Shown here: piece after piece, positions 31,615 through 40,669 of the stretch
Numbering within the stretch: position 1 is the first letter of the stretch
How the letters are laid out: every line of letters starts with the position of its first letter
From: an uncultured Candidatus Saccharibacteria bacterium
GTDB lineage: Bacteria; Patescibacteriota; Minisyncoccia; 2-02-FULL-40-12; GWA2-44-9
Direction of reading: 5' to 3'
DNA: 41,668 nucleotides
Assembly (NCBI GenBank): GCA_964653875.1
Contig: CAZZGH010000002.1
Coordinates: 1 to 41,668 of the forward strand
The notes under the pieces: generated by a model
What the model was told of the DNA's origin: nothing
Databases searched by the model: none
Seen by the model: only the letters and a program-made list of their open reading frames with translations
Position numbers and translations under genes: made by a program

Positions 31615-32210
31615 GCCTGGAGTTCTTTTAATGTTTTTTCATAGAGACCGACCGCTCTTTTGGCTTCAGTATAGCGCAGGAAATAATTGGTATCATGAAC
31701 TAGACGATTTCTTATTTTGTGGGCCTCCCAGAGACCCTGCAAGGTTGTTAATTGGCCCGGTTGGATGTTCATCAATCTGTCCCCCATTGTATCTCCCGGA
31801 AAGCCGGAATTTTTTAATAAATCATCAGCCATTTTATCCGCTTCAATTACGGCAAACTTCCATTCGGCTTCGCGGGTAGAATTAATATGCTTTTCGATTT
31901 CAACCCAACGGGCATTAAGTCCTGATGTAGCAGGCGAAGGTGGCATGATTGTTTTTACTAAGTTTATTTTTACGGCCGCTAATCTGTTTATTTTTATTAT
32001 CACTATAACCAATAAGATTCCAAGCAGCACGCTTGCTACTGTAAGGATTAATTTCACGATATTCCAGATTTCATCCGCTCCAAAACCGGGCAAATATTCC
32101 AAAGCTTGGGCTATGGTAATATTTCCGACCCTAAGATCGTATACTTGATATAAATTATCGAGGGTGCTTTGTATTGTGTTGTTATCGTAGAAAGGCATTT
32201 TTAGGTTCAA
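31608..32210 (-). CDS. Single-pass membrane protein of unknown function with an Rx4H-containing C-terminal domain
   Basis: TM segment IVKLILTVASVLLGILLVIVII. C-terminal AHKIRNRLVHD. 4-nt overlap with the gatA stop. Confidence 0.55.
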   Translation of the reverse strand: MNLKMPFYDNNTIQSTLDNLYQVYDLRVGNITIAQALEYLPGFGADEIWNIVKLILTVASVLLGILLVIVIIKINRLAAVKINLVKTIMPPSPATSGLNARWVEIEKHINSTREAEWKFAVIEADKMADDLLKNSGFPGDTMGDRLMNIQPGQLTTLQGLWEAHKIRNRLVHDTNYFLRYTEAKRAVGLYEKTLKELQAI

Positions 32211-33610
32211 CTTAAAACCTGTTCAAGGTTGTAGGATACCCTTAAAACGGTCTCTTCGTCAAAAGGCCGGCCGATGATTTGGAATCCTATCGGCATTTTG
32301 CTTGTAGACCCCTTACCGCAAGGAATGGATATTCCGGGTAGCCCGGTAAGGTTAACCGGGACGGTGTAAATGTCTTCCAGATAAAGTGACAATGGGTCGG
32401 ATATTTTTTCGCCGAGTTTGAACGCGGCATGAGGCGCTGTCGGCCCGACGATGACGTCAACCTTTTTAAAAGCGTCATCGAAGTCCTTTTTTATAAGATT
32501 CCGCATCTTTTGAGCTTTAAGATAATAGGCGTCATAATAGCCGGAGGATAGCGCGTATGTTCCTAACATTATTCTTCTTTTGGGTTCAGCGCCTAATCCT
32601 TCTGAACGGGATTCAAGGTAAGTGTCTAAGAGGGTCCCCGCTTTTTTGGAGGAGTGGCCATAACGGATACCATCAAATCTGGAGAGATTAGCCGAGACTT
32701 CACTGGGGACGATAATATAATATGTGGCCAAAGCATATTCAAAATTAGGCAGGCTTATCTCAACGATTTCAGCGCCAAGATCTTCAAGTTTATTGATTGT
32801 TGTTTTTATTTTTTCCCGAACTTCTTCATCGAGCCCTTCCCTGAAAAATTCTTTCGGAACACCGACTTTGAGTCCTTTGATTTTTCGGCCGATGTTTTCG
32901 GTAAAGTCCGGGGTTGTTTTGGTTACAGTAGTGGAGTCAAAAATGTCATGACCGGAAATAGCGTTTAGCACTAAGGCAGCATCATAAACATTTTTGGTCA
33001 AGGGTCCGATTTGGTCCAAAGATGAGGCCATGGCAATTAGTCCATTTCTGGAAACCCGGCCATAGGTTGGCTTAAGTCCGACAACTCCGCACATGCTGGC
33101 CGGCTGGCGCACAGAACCGCCGGTGTCAGATCCAAGAGCAAAAACACAAAGATCTGCGGCTACAGCGGCGGCGGAACCGCCGGAAGAGCCTCCCGGAACA
33201 CGAGTTAGATCATGGGGGTTCTTTGTTGGTCCAAAGGCGGAATTTTCGGTTGAAGTTCCCATGGCGAATTCATCAAGATTGGTTTTTCCAAGAAAAGATA
33301 CTCCCGCCTGACGGAGTTTTTTTACAACAGTTGCGTCGTAAGCCGACATGTAGTTTTTAAGTATCTTTGAACCGGCGGTGGCGATAGTTCCCTCAATGAG
33401 CATATTGTCTTTAATCGCGCATGGAACTGCCGCAAGCGGAGCTTGCGAGTCGAAAGTTGAAAGTTGAAAGTTGAAAGTTGAAAGATATGCATTTAGTTTT
33501 TTATTTTCTTTTTTAATTTTGTCAGAATATTTTTTGAAAATTTCTTCAATCGTAAAATGACCTTTTTGAAGGCTGTCTTTGACATCTTTGATTGTGAACC
33601 CGTTTACCAT
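32207..33610 (-). CDS. gatA: Glu/Asp-tRNA amidotransferase subunit A
   Basis: Amidase signature GGSSGGSAAAVAA and AIKDNM. ATG 33610 (MVNGFTIKDV) is preferred. The ORF-track N-terminus reads through a palindromic element. Confidence 0.9.
   Translation of the reverse strand: MVNGFTIKDVKDSLQKGHFTIEEIFKKYSDKIKKENKKLNAYLSTFNFQLSTFDSQAPLAAVPCAIKDNMLIEGTIATAGSKILKNYMSAYDATVVKKLRQAGVSFLGKTNLDEFAMGTSTENSAFGPTKNPHDLTRVPGGSSGGSAAAVAADLCVFALGSDTGGSVRQPASMCGVVGLKPTYGRVSRNGLIAMASSLDQIGPLTKNVYDAALVLNAISGHDIFDSTTVTKTTPDFTENIGRKIKGLKVGVPKEFFREGLDEEVREKIKTTINKLEDLGAEIVEISLPNFEYALATYYIIVPSEVSANLSRFDGIRYGHSSKKAGTLLDTYLESRSEGLGAEPKRRIMLGTYALSSGYYDAYYLKAQKMRNLIKKDFDDAFKKVDVIVGPTAPHAAFKLGEKISDPLSLYLEDIYTVPVNLTGLPGISIPCGKGSTSKMPIGFQIIGRPFDEETVLRVSYNLEQVLS
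33450..33484. repeat. Tandem heptamer TTGAAAG x5 inside gatA
   Basis: tcgaaag ttgaaag ttgaaag ttgaaag ttgaaag. It encodes LSTFNFQLSTFDS on the minus strand. Confidence 0.9.
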
Positions 33611-33618
33611 CAACTTGG

Positions 33619-33664
33619 AGTATGTACCCCATTTTATGCATATGCATAAAATGGGGTACATACT
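33619..33664. repeat. Palindromic element, family copy 2 (gatC-gatA junction)
   Basis: agtatgtaccccattttatgca-ta-tgcataaaatggggtacatact, a perfect 46-nt palindrome. Confidence 0.9.
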
Positions 33665-33667
33665 ATT

Positions 33668-33976
33668 TTATTTTTTCCTTTCAAGGACAGATTTAACTTT
33701 TACAAACCTATTTTCTTTATAGGGTGCTTGACCAACAAGTTTCTCGTTAAGGTTTTCGTTCATCTCGAATTCCCCTCTCGACTCGTCATTGCGGAAAGAA
33801 TTCACTAATCCTGTTGTCTGATAAAGCGGTTCAACTCCAGTTGTATCAACCTCGTTTAACTTTTCAATGTATTCTAAAATCGAAGACAGATCTTTTTTGA
33901 GGCTCTTTTCTTCTTTTTCGGTTATTTTTATTCTCGCCAAACTAGCGATATGTCTGACCTCTTTATCGGTTAGCAT
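33668..33976 (-). CDS. gatC: Glu/Asp-tRNA amidotransferase subunit C
   Basis: 102 aa. VRHIASLARIKITEKEE...LSSILEYIEKLNEVDT is typical of GatC. Lies upstream of gatA. Confidence 0.85.
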   Translation of the reverse strand: MLTDKEVRHIASLARIKITEKEEKSLKKDLSSILEYIEKLNEVDTTGVEPLYQTTGLVNSFRNDESRGEFEMNENLNEKLVGQAPYKENRFVKVKSVLERKK

Positions 33977-33980
33977 GATT

Positions 33981-36041
33981 TCATTTTACCATGTTTAAAA
34001 ATTCTTTCTCATCAATTATCTTAACCCCCAATTTTTTAGCGTCATCATATTTTGAACCCGGTTCGGAGCCGGCTACGACGTAGTCAGTATTTTTGGAGAC
34101 CGAACCGGACACATCTCCGCCAAGCTCTCTAATTTTATCCCGCGCTTCGTCTCGACCCAAAGTTTCCAGCGTACCCGTCAAAACAAATGTTTTACCGGCG
34201 AGCTTGGTAGATTCTTTGGTGATCTTTTCCTCCACAATATGAACTCCCGCCTTTTTAAACTTAGACAGAATATTTTTGTTGTAAGGTTTTTGAAACCAAG
34301 AATATATGCTTTGGGCGACTATTGGTCCAATATCAGAAACTGATTGTAGGTCGTTGAATGTTGCATGTTGTAAATTCTCTAGCGTTTTGAATCTTTTGGC
34401 CAAAACAAAACCGGTTTCTTCGCCGACATGGTCGATACCCAACGAATAAATAAATTTATTCAGGGTAACTTTCTTTTGTGATTGAATTGCGTCGATAATG
34501 TTCTCGGCGGATTTGTCGGCAAATCTTTCCAGATTCAGCAGGTCCTCTTTTTTGAGACTGAACAAATCAGCGGAATCGCGTATGAGTCCGGCGGCCATGA
34601 GCTGGTCTATTATCCGGGGGCCAATGCCGGCCATGTTCAATGCTTTGCGCGAAACAAAATGATAAATTGCCTCTCTCTTAATAGCCGGACAGTCGCGATT
34701 CACACAGCGGTATGCCACTTGATCCTGGATTTTTTCAATTGGTTCTCCGCAAACCGGACATTTTTTAGGCATATGAAACTCTTTTTCTTTTCCGGTTCGC
34801 AATTCCTTAAGAACTTTTTTAACATCAGGAATTACGTCGCCTGCCCTGCCTATAATGACGGTATCCCCCATTTTAACTCCAAGACGTTTTATTTCATCAA
34901 GATTGTGGAGGGTTGCCCGGGAGACGGTCGTGCCGCCTATTTGAACAGGCCTCAAGACTGCTACGGGAGTTAAAACACCTGTCCGGCCAACTTGCACAAT
35001 TATATCTTCAACTAACGTTTCGGACTCTTTTGGTGAAAATTTATAAGCGATAGCTCCCCGGGGAGCTTTTCCAACTGTGCCTAATCGGCTCAAGGTGTTT
35101 GTATGATTCAAGATAACAACTACACCATCTATTTCATAATTTAATTTCTCCCTTTCTTTTTCCCAAGGATCCCGGAATTTATTTACCTCCTCCATATCCG
35201 GGACTGCTTTGTTGTGGGGATTGGTTTTAAAGCCGAGCGCCTTTAATATCAAATGTTCTTCTTCGTGGGTTTTCTGCCCGAAATCGGTAATTAAGGAATA
35301 GGCATAGGAATCTAATCGGCGGGATGCTGTAATTTTGGGGTCGAGCTGCCTTATAGAACCGGCGGCCAAGTTGCGCGGGTTAGCATAAACCTTAAGTCCG
35401 GCTTTTTTCTGTGCTTTATTTATGTTTTCAAATTCCTTTCTGGTTATAAAAACCTCACCACGCACTGTCAATTCTCCGGAAAGAGCTTTTTTGGCTCCAG
35501 GTATAAAACGCTCCAGTTTTTCTTTCTTTAGATTCGCAACAACTTCCCCCTCGCCTAATAGATCGAGAGGAATTGCTTCTACGGTTTTGAGATTTTGGGT
35601 TACGTCCTCGCCAACAACCCCATCTCCCCTTGTTGAACCAGTATAAAGTTGGCCCCTTTTGTAAATTAGTTCTATGGCTAGTCCGTCTATTTTCAATTCA
35701 CAATAATAACCGTATTGTTTGGCACCAGGAAAAACTTTTTCAAATCTTTTCTCCCACTCTTTCATATCGTTTTCATCAAAAGCATCATTGAATGAAAGCA
35801 TCGGTTCGGGATGTTTAATTTTCTTGAATTGTTTAAGCGGTTTGCCGGCTACTCTTTGAGTCGGTGAATCGGGTGCTACTAAATCAGGAAATTCCGCTTC
35901 TAAGTCGAACAGCTCTTTCTTAAGGGCATCTAGCGCCTCGTCGGATATCTCTTGACGGTCTAGAACATGATAAAGATAACGATGCTTATTTATCGCTGTT
36001 TTAAGTTTCTCAATACGTTCTTTAGCTTGGGTTTTGGTCAT
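33981..36041 (-). CDS. ligA: NAD-dependent DNA ligase
   Basis: Adenylation motif CELKIDGLA. Zn finger CPVCGEPIEK...YRCVNRDCPA. HhH region. C-terminal BRCT GKTFVLTGTL. ATG 36041 is preferred over the upstream start in the ORF track. Confidence 0.95.
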   Translation of the reverse strand: MTKTQAKERIEKLKTAINKHRYLYHVLDRQEISDEALDALKKELFDLEAEFPDLVAPDSPTQRVAGKPLKQFKKIKHPEPMLSFNDAFDENDMKEWEKRFEKVFPGAKQYGYYCELKIDGLAIELIYKRGQLYTGSTRGDGVVGEDVTQNLKTVEAIPLDLLGEGEVVANLKKEKLERFIPGAKKALSGELTVRGEVFITRKEFENINKAQKKAGLKVYANPRNLAAGSIRQLDPKITASRRLDSYAYSLITDFGQKTHEEEHLILKALGFKTNPHNKAVPDMEEVNKFRDPWEKEREKLNYEIDGVVVILNHTNTLSRLGTVGKAPRGAIAYKFSPKESETLVEDIIVQVGRTGVLTPVAVLRPVQIGGTTVSRATLHNLDEIKRLGVKMGDTVIIGRAGDVIPDVKKVLKELRTGKEKEFHMPKKCPVCGEPIEKIQDQVAYRCVNRDCPAIKREAIYHFVSRKALNMAGIGPRIIDQLMAAGLIRDSADLFSLKKEDLLNLERFADKSAENIIDAIQSQKKVTLNKFIYSLGIDHVGEETGFVLAKRFKTLENLQHATFNDLQSVSDIGPIVAQSIYSWFQKPYNKNILSKFKKAGVHIVEEKITKESTKLAGKTFVLTGTLETLGRDEARDKIRELGGDVSGSVSKNTDYVVAGSEPGSKYDDAKKLGVKIIDEKEFLNMVK

Positions 36042-36049
36042 AAACCATT

Positions 36050-36085
36050 GATTTCTAGTTATTCTAATTGTTCTAATTATTCTAG
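36050..36085. repeat. Four tandem 9-mers TTRTTCTAR upstream of ligA
   Basis: gatttctag ttattctaa ttgttctaa ttattctag. Minus-strand units contain TAGAAT/TAGAAC. Confidence 0.8.
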
Positions 36086-36150
36086 ACAAGCCCCAGACCC
36101 CAATTTTAGGTTAGTTAGGTTAGTTTGAAATTAGATCAACTAAGCGACGA

Positions 36151-36537
36151 TTATTCAATCATATCAAGGGATCGAGTGACTCCCCTGTATGTTCCTACCG
36201 CCCTGTGGTTTAAGGGGATTTCCGTTGGGGCGCATGAAGACAATCCGGGACCAAAATAAATCGCAAAAGTTGCGCCAGTTGACATGGTCGGAGCGCTTAC
36301 CGACGGAGATCTTGCTCTTTGTTCATGTAAACACCATTCCAAGGCGCTGTCAGCGGTATAAATAGCAGCCACTGAATTAATGGCTTCGGTTGATGATCTT
36401 AGCCGAGGTAAAAATATATTACCCAAAGCTAAGGTAATGGTTAAAATAACCCCAAGCATTAAGACTGCGAAAATTATAATCGAACCTTTTTGGTTACTCT
36501 TGTTCATATTGGTCAGGTAATCAATTTTGAAATTCAT
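36151..36537 (-). CDS. PilX-like pilus-associated protein (N-terminal TM, no clear G/FTL cleavage motif)
   Basis: QKGSIIIFAVLMLGVILTITLALG hydrophobic N-terminus. Last gene of the minor pilin block. An alternative start lies at 36507. Confidence 0.5.
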   Translation of the reverse strand: MNFKIDYLTNMNKSNQKGSIIIFAVLMLGVILTITLALGNIFLPRLRSSTEAINSVAAIYTADSALEWCLHEQRARSPSVSAPTMSTGATFAIYFGPGLSSCAPTEIPLNHRAVGTYRGVTRSLDMIE

Positions 36538-37081
36538 AGAACATATCTCTTGAGGTAACTGTGGTTTGGATATTTATTTGCATCTTTTCTATTCCGGTTC
36601 GGTTTTCAACCGATGTGACTATTGATGTCCGCGGGCTCTGATTATCGTCAACCAAAGATCCCAAAATACAAAAATTCATTTTTGAGAAATTGACGCTAGA
36701 AGCGCTGATGTCAACATAGTTTCCGCCGTTTATACTTCTTTGAACAATTCCTCCACTTGTCCGGTAAGTTACAGTTCCCTTGATGGGGTGAATTAATATA
36801 AGGGTAGTTGCCGTACAGTTTGGAGATTCCTGATTAGAGATTCTGCTTACCCTTATGTCCCGAGAAATCTCCTCGGATACCAAAAGAGCATTATCTTGAA
36901 TCTTTTGGACGGCAAAAGCGCGTCTTTCTATGTTAATAATCTGTATGAAAATGGCGCTCACAGTTAAAGCAATAATCGAGAAAATCAAAGAAGTTACAAG
37001 AACCTCTACTATCGTGAAACCCCTCTCTGCATTTCTGTATTTTGACATTTCAATGTTTGACATAATTTTATTTCCAATCAA
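36521..37081 (-). CDS. Type IV minor pilin/pseudopilin
   Basis: Prepilin signature ERG|FTIVEVLVTSLIFSIIALTV. Confidence 0.7.
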   Translation of the reverse strand: MIGNKIMSNIEMSKYRNAERGFTIVEVLVTSLIFSIIALTVSAIFIQIINIERRAFAVQKIQDNALLVSEEISRDIRVSRISNQESPNCTATTLILIHPIKGTVTYRTSGGIVQRSINGGNYVDISASSVNFSKMNFCILGSLVDDNQSPRTSIVTSVENRTGIEKMQINIQTTVTSRDMFYEFQN

Positions 37082-37556
37082 ATAAATGCGATTCAGCCTT
37101 TACGCTTCGAGCCCTATTTTTCTTTTCGATCCAAGTTACGTCGCTTATTATTCTTAACTCTTCGGAGTTTATTTTTGTTATGGTCACGGTTCTTTTAAAT
37201 ATAGTATCCGTTCCGGAAGAATAGTTATACAGGCCAGTGTTTATTTTAAGAGGAGGGTTAGATCCTAGAGCAATAAGAGTATTTGAATTCCATTCAATTC
37301 TATAAATTCCGTCGGGTAGCCCGGTATCAAAAGCCAGTCTATTGTGCCAATTCGCATCTCTTAACGCTCGAATAACCTCAAGACCTTCTTGAGATAAGTT
37401 AGCTGCAATAAGATTATGTTGGATAATAGACGCAGTGGATGAAATATTGCTGGACAGAATCAAAGCCGGCCCTAAAGCAATGGTTAAAATAACCAAAGCC
37501 ACTAGGGTTTCAACAAGCGTAAACCCTCTATTCAATTTTTCCTGATGTAGATACAT
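37068..37556 (-). CDS. Type IV minor pilin/pseudopilin
   Basis: Prepilin signature NRG|FTLVETLVALVILTIALG. Confidence 0.7.
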   Translation of the reverse strand: MYLHQEKLNRGFTLVETLVALVILTIALGPALILSSNISSTASIIQHNLIAANLSQEGLEVIRALRDANWHNRLAFDTGLPDGIYRIEWNSNTLIALGSNPPLKINTGLYNYSSGTDTIFKRTVTITKINSEELRIISDVTWIEKKNRARSVKAESHLFDWK

Positions 37557-38088
37557 TTATGGTTTTGCAATCTTGCGGACAGGTGCCTCCTCTTTTACCG
37601 ATTGTAATAGTTATGGAAGCGCTAGATGAGGAGTTGTTTATGTATGTATAAGGATGGGGCGGTTCCCAAAAGATATCACTAAAAATAGCTTTAAACTCAA
37701 CTTTGTTATTTTCGAATTTCTTGGTTGTAGCAGTTGTGTCCGCACCGTCGAGGTTTCTGTTAAGAGAGGGGCAATTATTGGAACTTGCATCAGGGCCAAC
37801 ATAGATAGAGTAAGAGGTGGGGTTGATATAATGTACTCCGTAACCGCATCTTATTTTTTGTCCCGAACCACTATTATATTTTGTACTTGCAAGAGCTTTG
37901 TTTTGAGTAGCTCGTAAATCTGCGATAATAATACTCGCATTCTCGGTTAAATCTACTCGGGTTCTTTGAAAATTGATTAACATAAAAGTACTGATAACTC
38001 CGGTTATTGCTGCTACCACCAGAAGCTCAACCAAAGTAAAACCTGATGAATTTTCAAAAAAATTGGCCAATAATTTTTTGTATTTCAT
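37528..38088 (-). CDS. Type IV minor pilin/pseudopilin
   Basis: Prepilin signature SSG|[17 protein letters not shown]. Confidence 0.7.
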   Translation of the reverse strand: MKYKKLLANFFENSSGFTLVELLVVAAITGVISTFMLINFQRTRVDLTENASIIIADLRATQNKALASTKYNSGSGQKIRCGYGVHYINPTSYSIYVGPDASSNNCPSLNRNLDGADTTATTKKFENNKVEFKAIFSDIFWEPPHPYTYINNSSSSASITITIGKRGGTCPQDCKTINVSTSGKIE

Positions 38089-38806
38089 TTTGAAAAATGA
38101 TGATTATGATTGAAACTCCGGCTAAAAAAGAACCGAAAGGTAAAGCGGTTTTACAAGTTGCCTTTCCGAAGAGCATTAATCCGATTCCTGTCAAAGCTGC
38201 TATCCACACAGAGAGTATCATCGATAAAAACCCCAAGGGATAACCGAGTACTAATCCAACCAGGAATAATAGCTTGGCATCTCCCAATCCTGCCCATTTC
38301 CCATCGGACGCTATATATATTATAGCAAAAATACCCCCCATGATTAAAGCGGATAAAAACAAGGTCATAAATTCTGATTGTCGAAAAAAATAATTGAACA
38401 AAATTGTGATAATAATCAAGGGCAAGGTTATTTTTTCGGGGATTAAGAAGTAGAGATAATCAAAGAAAATTAAAACAATAAAAGAGATGATAATTAGTAG
38501 ATAGTAAAAATCTTCCACTCCAAAAACCGGCTTGAAGATAGCGTAAAATAATAAAAGGCAAAATGCGGTGAGGAGTTCGACTAAGGGGTAAATGAGAGAG
38601 ATCTTGTCTTTGCAGTTTCGACACCGGCTTCTTAAAATAATATAACTTAAAACCGGAAACAAATCGTACCATTTAATTCGTCTTAAACATTGAGAGCATT
38701 CTGACCGACCTATCAGGATTCCGCCCTTTTTGTTTAAACGGAAAATAACCACACTCAAGAAACTGCCGATACATAGACCAATGATGAATAGCAATGCCCA
38801 CTCCAT
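38054..38806 (-). CDS. pilD: Prepilin peptidase (A24 family)
   Basis: N-terminal CSQC...CRNC zinc motif. Polytopic. Catalytic-Asp context GLGDAKLL. Confidence 0.85.
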   Translation of the reverse strand: MEWALLFIIGLCIGSFLSVVIFRLNKKGGILIGRSECSQCLRRIKWYDLFPVLSYIILRSRCRNCKDKISLIYPLVELLTAFCLLLFYAIFKPVFGVEDFYYLLIIISFIVLIFFDYLYFLIPEKITLPLIIITILFNYFFRQSEFMTLFLSALIMGGIFAIIYIASDGKWAGLGDAKLLFLVGLVLGYPLGFLSMILSVWIAALTGIGLMLFGKATCKTALPFGSFLAGVSIIIIIFQNEIQKIIGQFF

Positions 38807-38816
38807 GCTCTTATTA

Positions 38817-38849
38817 TATCAAAGAATCGCTATTAGCGATTCTTTGATA
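38817..38849 (-). terminator. Stem-loop after pilA (attenuator or stabiliser between the major pilin gene and pilD)
   Basis: tatcaaagaatcgct-att-agcgattctttgata, a 15-bp stem. No strong U-tract. Confidence 0.45.
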
Positions 38850-38872
38850 CTGAATTTCTATCTTAAATTATT

Positions 38873-39385
38873 CTATTGGCTCTGGCCTTGGTCGTAAACG
38901 CAGTCAATAGCAGTTGTGGTACAGTTAGCACCATTGGCATCGGCTCCATTACGCGCCTGTCCGGTCCATCCGGTAGAATCAATATCCGCATCGCTTTTTA
39001 GAGCGGCAGCAGATTGTTCAAGTTCCGCCCACATATGATATTTTGTCAGACCGCTGTAAGCGTAATTGTAAGTATAATTGCCGTTATTTAAGGGGTCTGC
39101 GGGCAACTGGGTAATATATTTTGGAACAAAAAGCGCGCCTAAAGCGGTCCATGTCGCAACTTGAGGATATTGACCGGCATCATCAAAATAGAGTTCTGCT
39201 GCAGTTCTTGTCTGACTTATATCAACAATTCTTTTTGCGTCTCTCGCCCTTTGTCTGGCAACACCTAACTGTAACAAGAGCAGTGTGGCTAAAATTCCGA
39301 TAATTGCGATGACGACTAATAATTCGACCAATGTAAAACCTTTCGACAGACTCAAAGTGAGTTCTTTTTGGCTTTTATTTTTCAT
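38873..39385 (-). CDS. pilA: Major type IV pilin
   Basis: LSKG|[21 protein letters not shown]. 170 aa. C-terminal Cys pair (NCTTTAIDC). Confidence 0.85.
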   Translation of the reverse strand: MKNKSQKELTLSLSKGFTLVELLVVIAIIGILATLLLLQLGVARQRARDAKRIVDISQTRTAAELYFDDAGQYPQVATWTALGALFVPKYITQLPADPLNNGNYTYNYAYSGLTKYHMWAELEQSAAALKSDADIDSTGWTGQARNGADANGANCTTTAIDCVYDQGQSQ

Positions 39386-39391
39386 ATTCTA

Positions 39392-39397
39392 ATTATA
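39392..39397 (-). promoter_or_regulatory. -10 box TATAAT, 6 nt upstream of the pilA ATG
   Basis: Minus strand reads aagTATAATtagaatATG. A possible TTGCGC -35 lies 18 nt upstream. Confidence 0.45.
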
Positions 39398-39453
39398 CTT
39401 AAATGATTGATTGAAGCGCAAGGAGGGTTATAAACAGGGACCAGTTCCTGATG

Positions 39454-40665
39454 TTAAGTGACATTAACCAAATTATATATCGGAAGCAAAATGGCGGATA
39501 CCAAGATTGCTACGGCTACACCAAGAACTAAGACTAAAATCGGTTCAATAAGTGTGGCGATGTTCTCTATTGTAGTATCCGATTCAGACTTATAAAATTT
39601 GGAAATATGCTCGAGCATAAAATCAAGCTTTCCGGTCTTCTCCCCTATTGCTACCATAGATGACATGAGTGGCGGAATCTCTTTATGCTTCCCGAACACA
39701 TCAGAGATGCTTCCTCCTCCCCTAACGCTTTCTTCGGCATCAAGAAGAATTAACTGGTAATTTACATTGCCAACCAAATCGGAAGTGATGTGAATGGTAT
39801 CAAGAATAGGTATTCCTGATTTAATCAAGGTAGATAAACTTTCCGATATTCTGGCAAGATATAAATTCCTTACCACTGTTCCCAATGCAGGCATATTTAT
39901 CTTGAAATTATCAAACGTAGCCTTGCCCTTGGTTGTTTTGATATATCTCCATCCCAAGAAAAGAGAGCCGAAAATAAGTGTGAAAAGGTAGTAAAGATAG
40001 TTATTTACGAAATTAGTTACCCAAATCAGTGTTCGGGTTGTTAGAGGCAGGTCATTGGCTCCGACATCCTTGAAGATGGCCAATAATTGAGGCAAGACAT
40101 AAACCACCATGATGCCGGTGACGACAATAAGAGCAAATACCACGAACGCCGGATAAGCCAAAGCTCCTCTTATTTTGGAATTTATCTCCTGGCTTCTTTC
40201 GAGATGATCGGCCAAGTAGAGCAAGGCCTCATGCAATTTGCCGGAAATTTCTCCTGATTGGACGAGTTTAATATAAAAAGAAGAAAATAACTTTGGATGA
40301 ACAGCTAAAGCGTTTGATAAAGCAGAGCCTCCTTCAACTGCGTCTGAAATTTCGGATACTATTTTTCTTAAGGTGGGCTTTTCAAATTGACGAGCTAGTG
40401 TTCTTAATCCTTCCGCCAATGGCATGTCGGCATCAATAAGAGTTGAAAGCTGGCGGGTGAAAATAACGATATCTTTGTTTGTCGGTTTTTGAAAATATTT
40501 ATTGAGGTCTATGGAAAAAATGTCGCCTTCTAATCGTTCAATTGCTAAAATCAAGTACCCCTTGCTTTGAAGAATATTAACAGCCGCATTCTCATCTGGA
40601 GCCCCTATCTTCCCCTCGAGTATCTCACCGTTCTGGGTTTTAATTTTATATGAGAAATTAGTCAT
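39454..40665 (-). CDS. pilC: Type IV pilus platform protein PilC (GspF family)
   Basis: 403 aa. Duplicated GspF-type domains (FTRQLSTLIDADMPLAEGL; ARISESLSTLIKSGIPILDTI). Three TM segments. Confidence 0.85.
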   Translation of the reverse strand: MTNFSYKIKTQNGEILEGKIGAPDENAAVNILQSKGYLILAIERLEGDIFSIDLNKYFQKPTNKDIVIFTRQLSTLIDADMPLAEGLRTLARQFEKPTLRKIVSEISDAVEGGSALSNALAVHPKLFSSFYIKLVQSGEISGKLHEALLYLADHLERSQEINSKIRGALAYPAFVVFALIVVTGIMVVYVLPQLLAIFKDVGANDLPLTTRTLIWVTNFVNNYLYYLFTLIFGSLFLGWRYIKTTKGKATFDNFKINMPALGTVVRNLYLARISESLSTLIKSGIPILDTIHITSDLVGNVNYQLILLDAEESVRGGGSISDVFGKHKEIPPLMSSMVAIGEKTGKLDFMLEHISKFYKSESDTTIENIATLIEPILVLVLGVAVAILVSAILLPIYNLVNVT

Positions 40666-40669
40666 AGTT

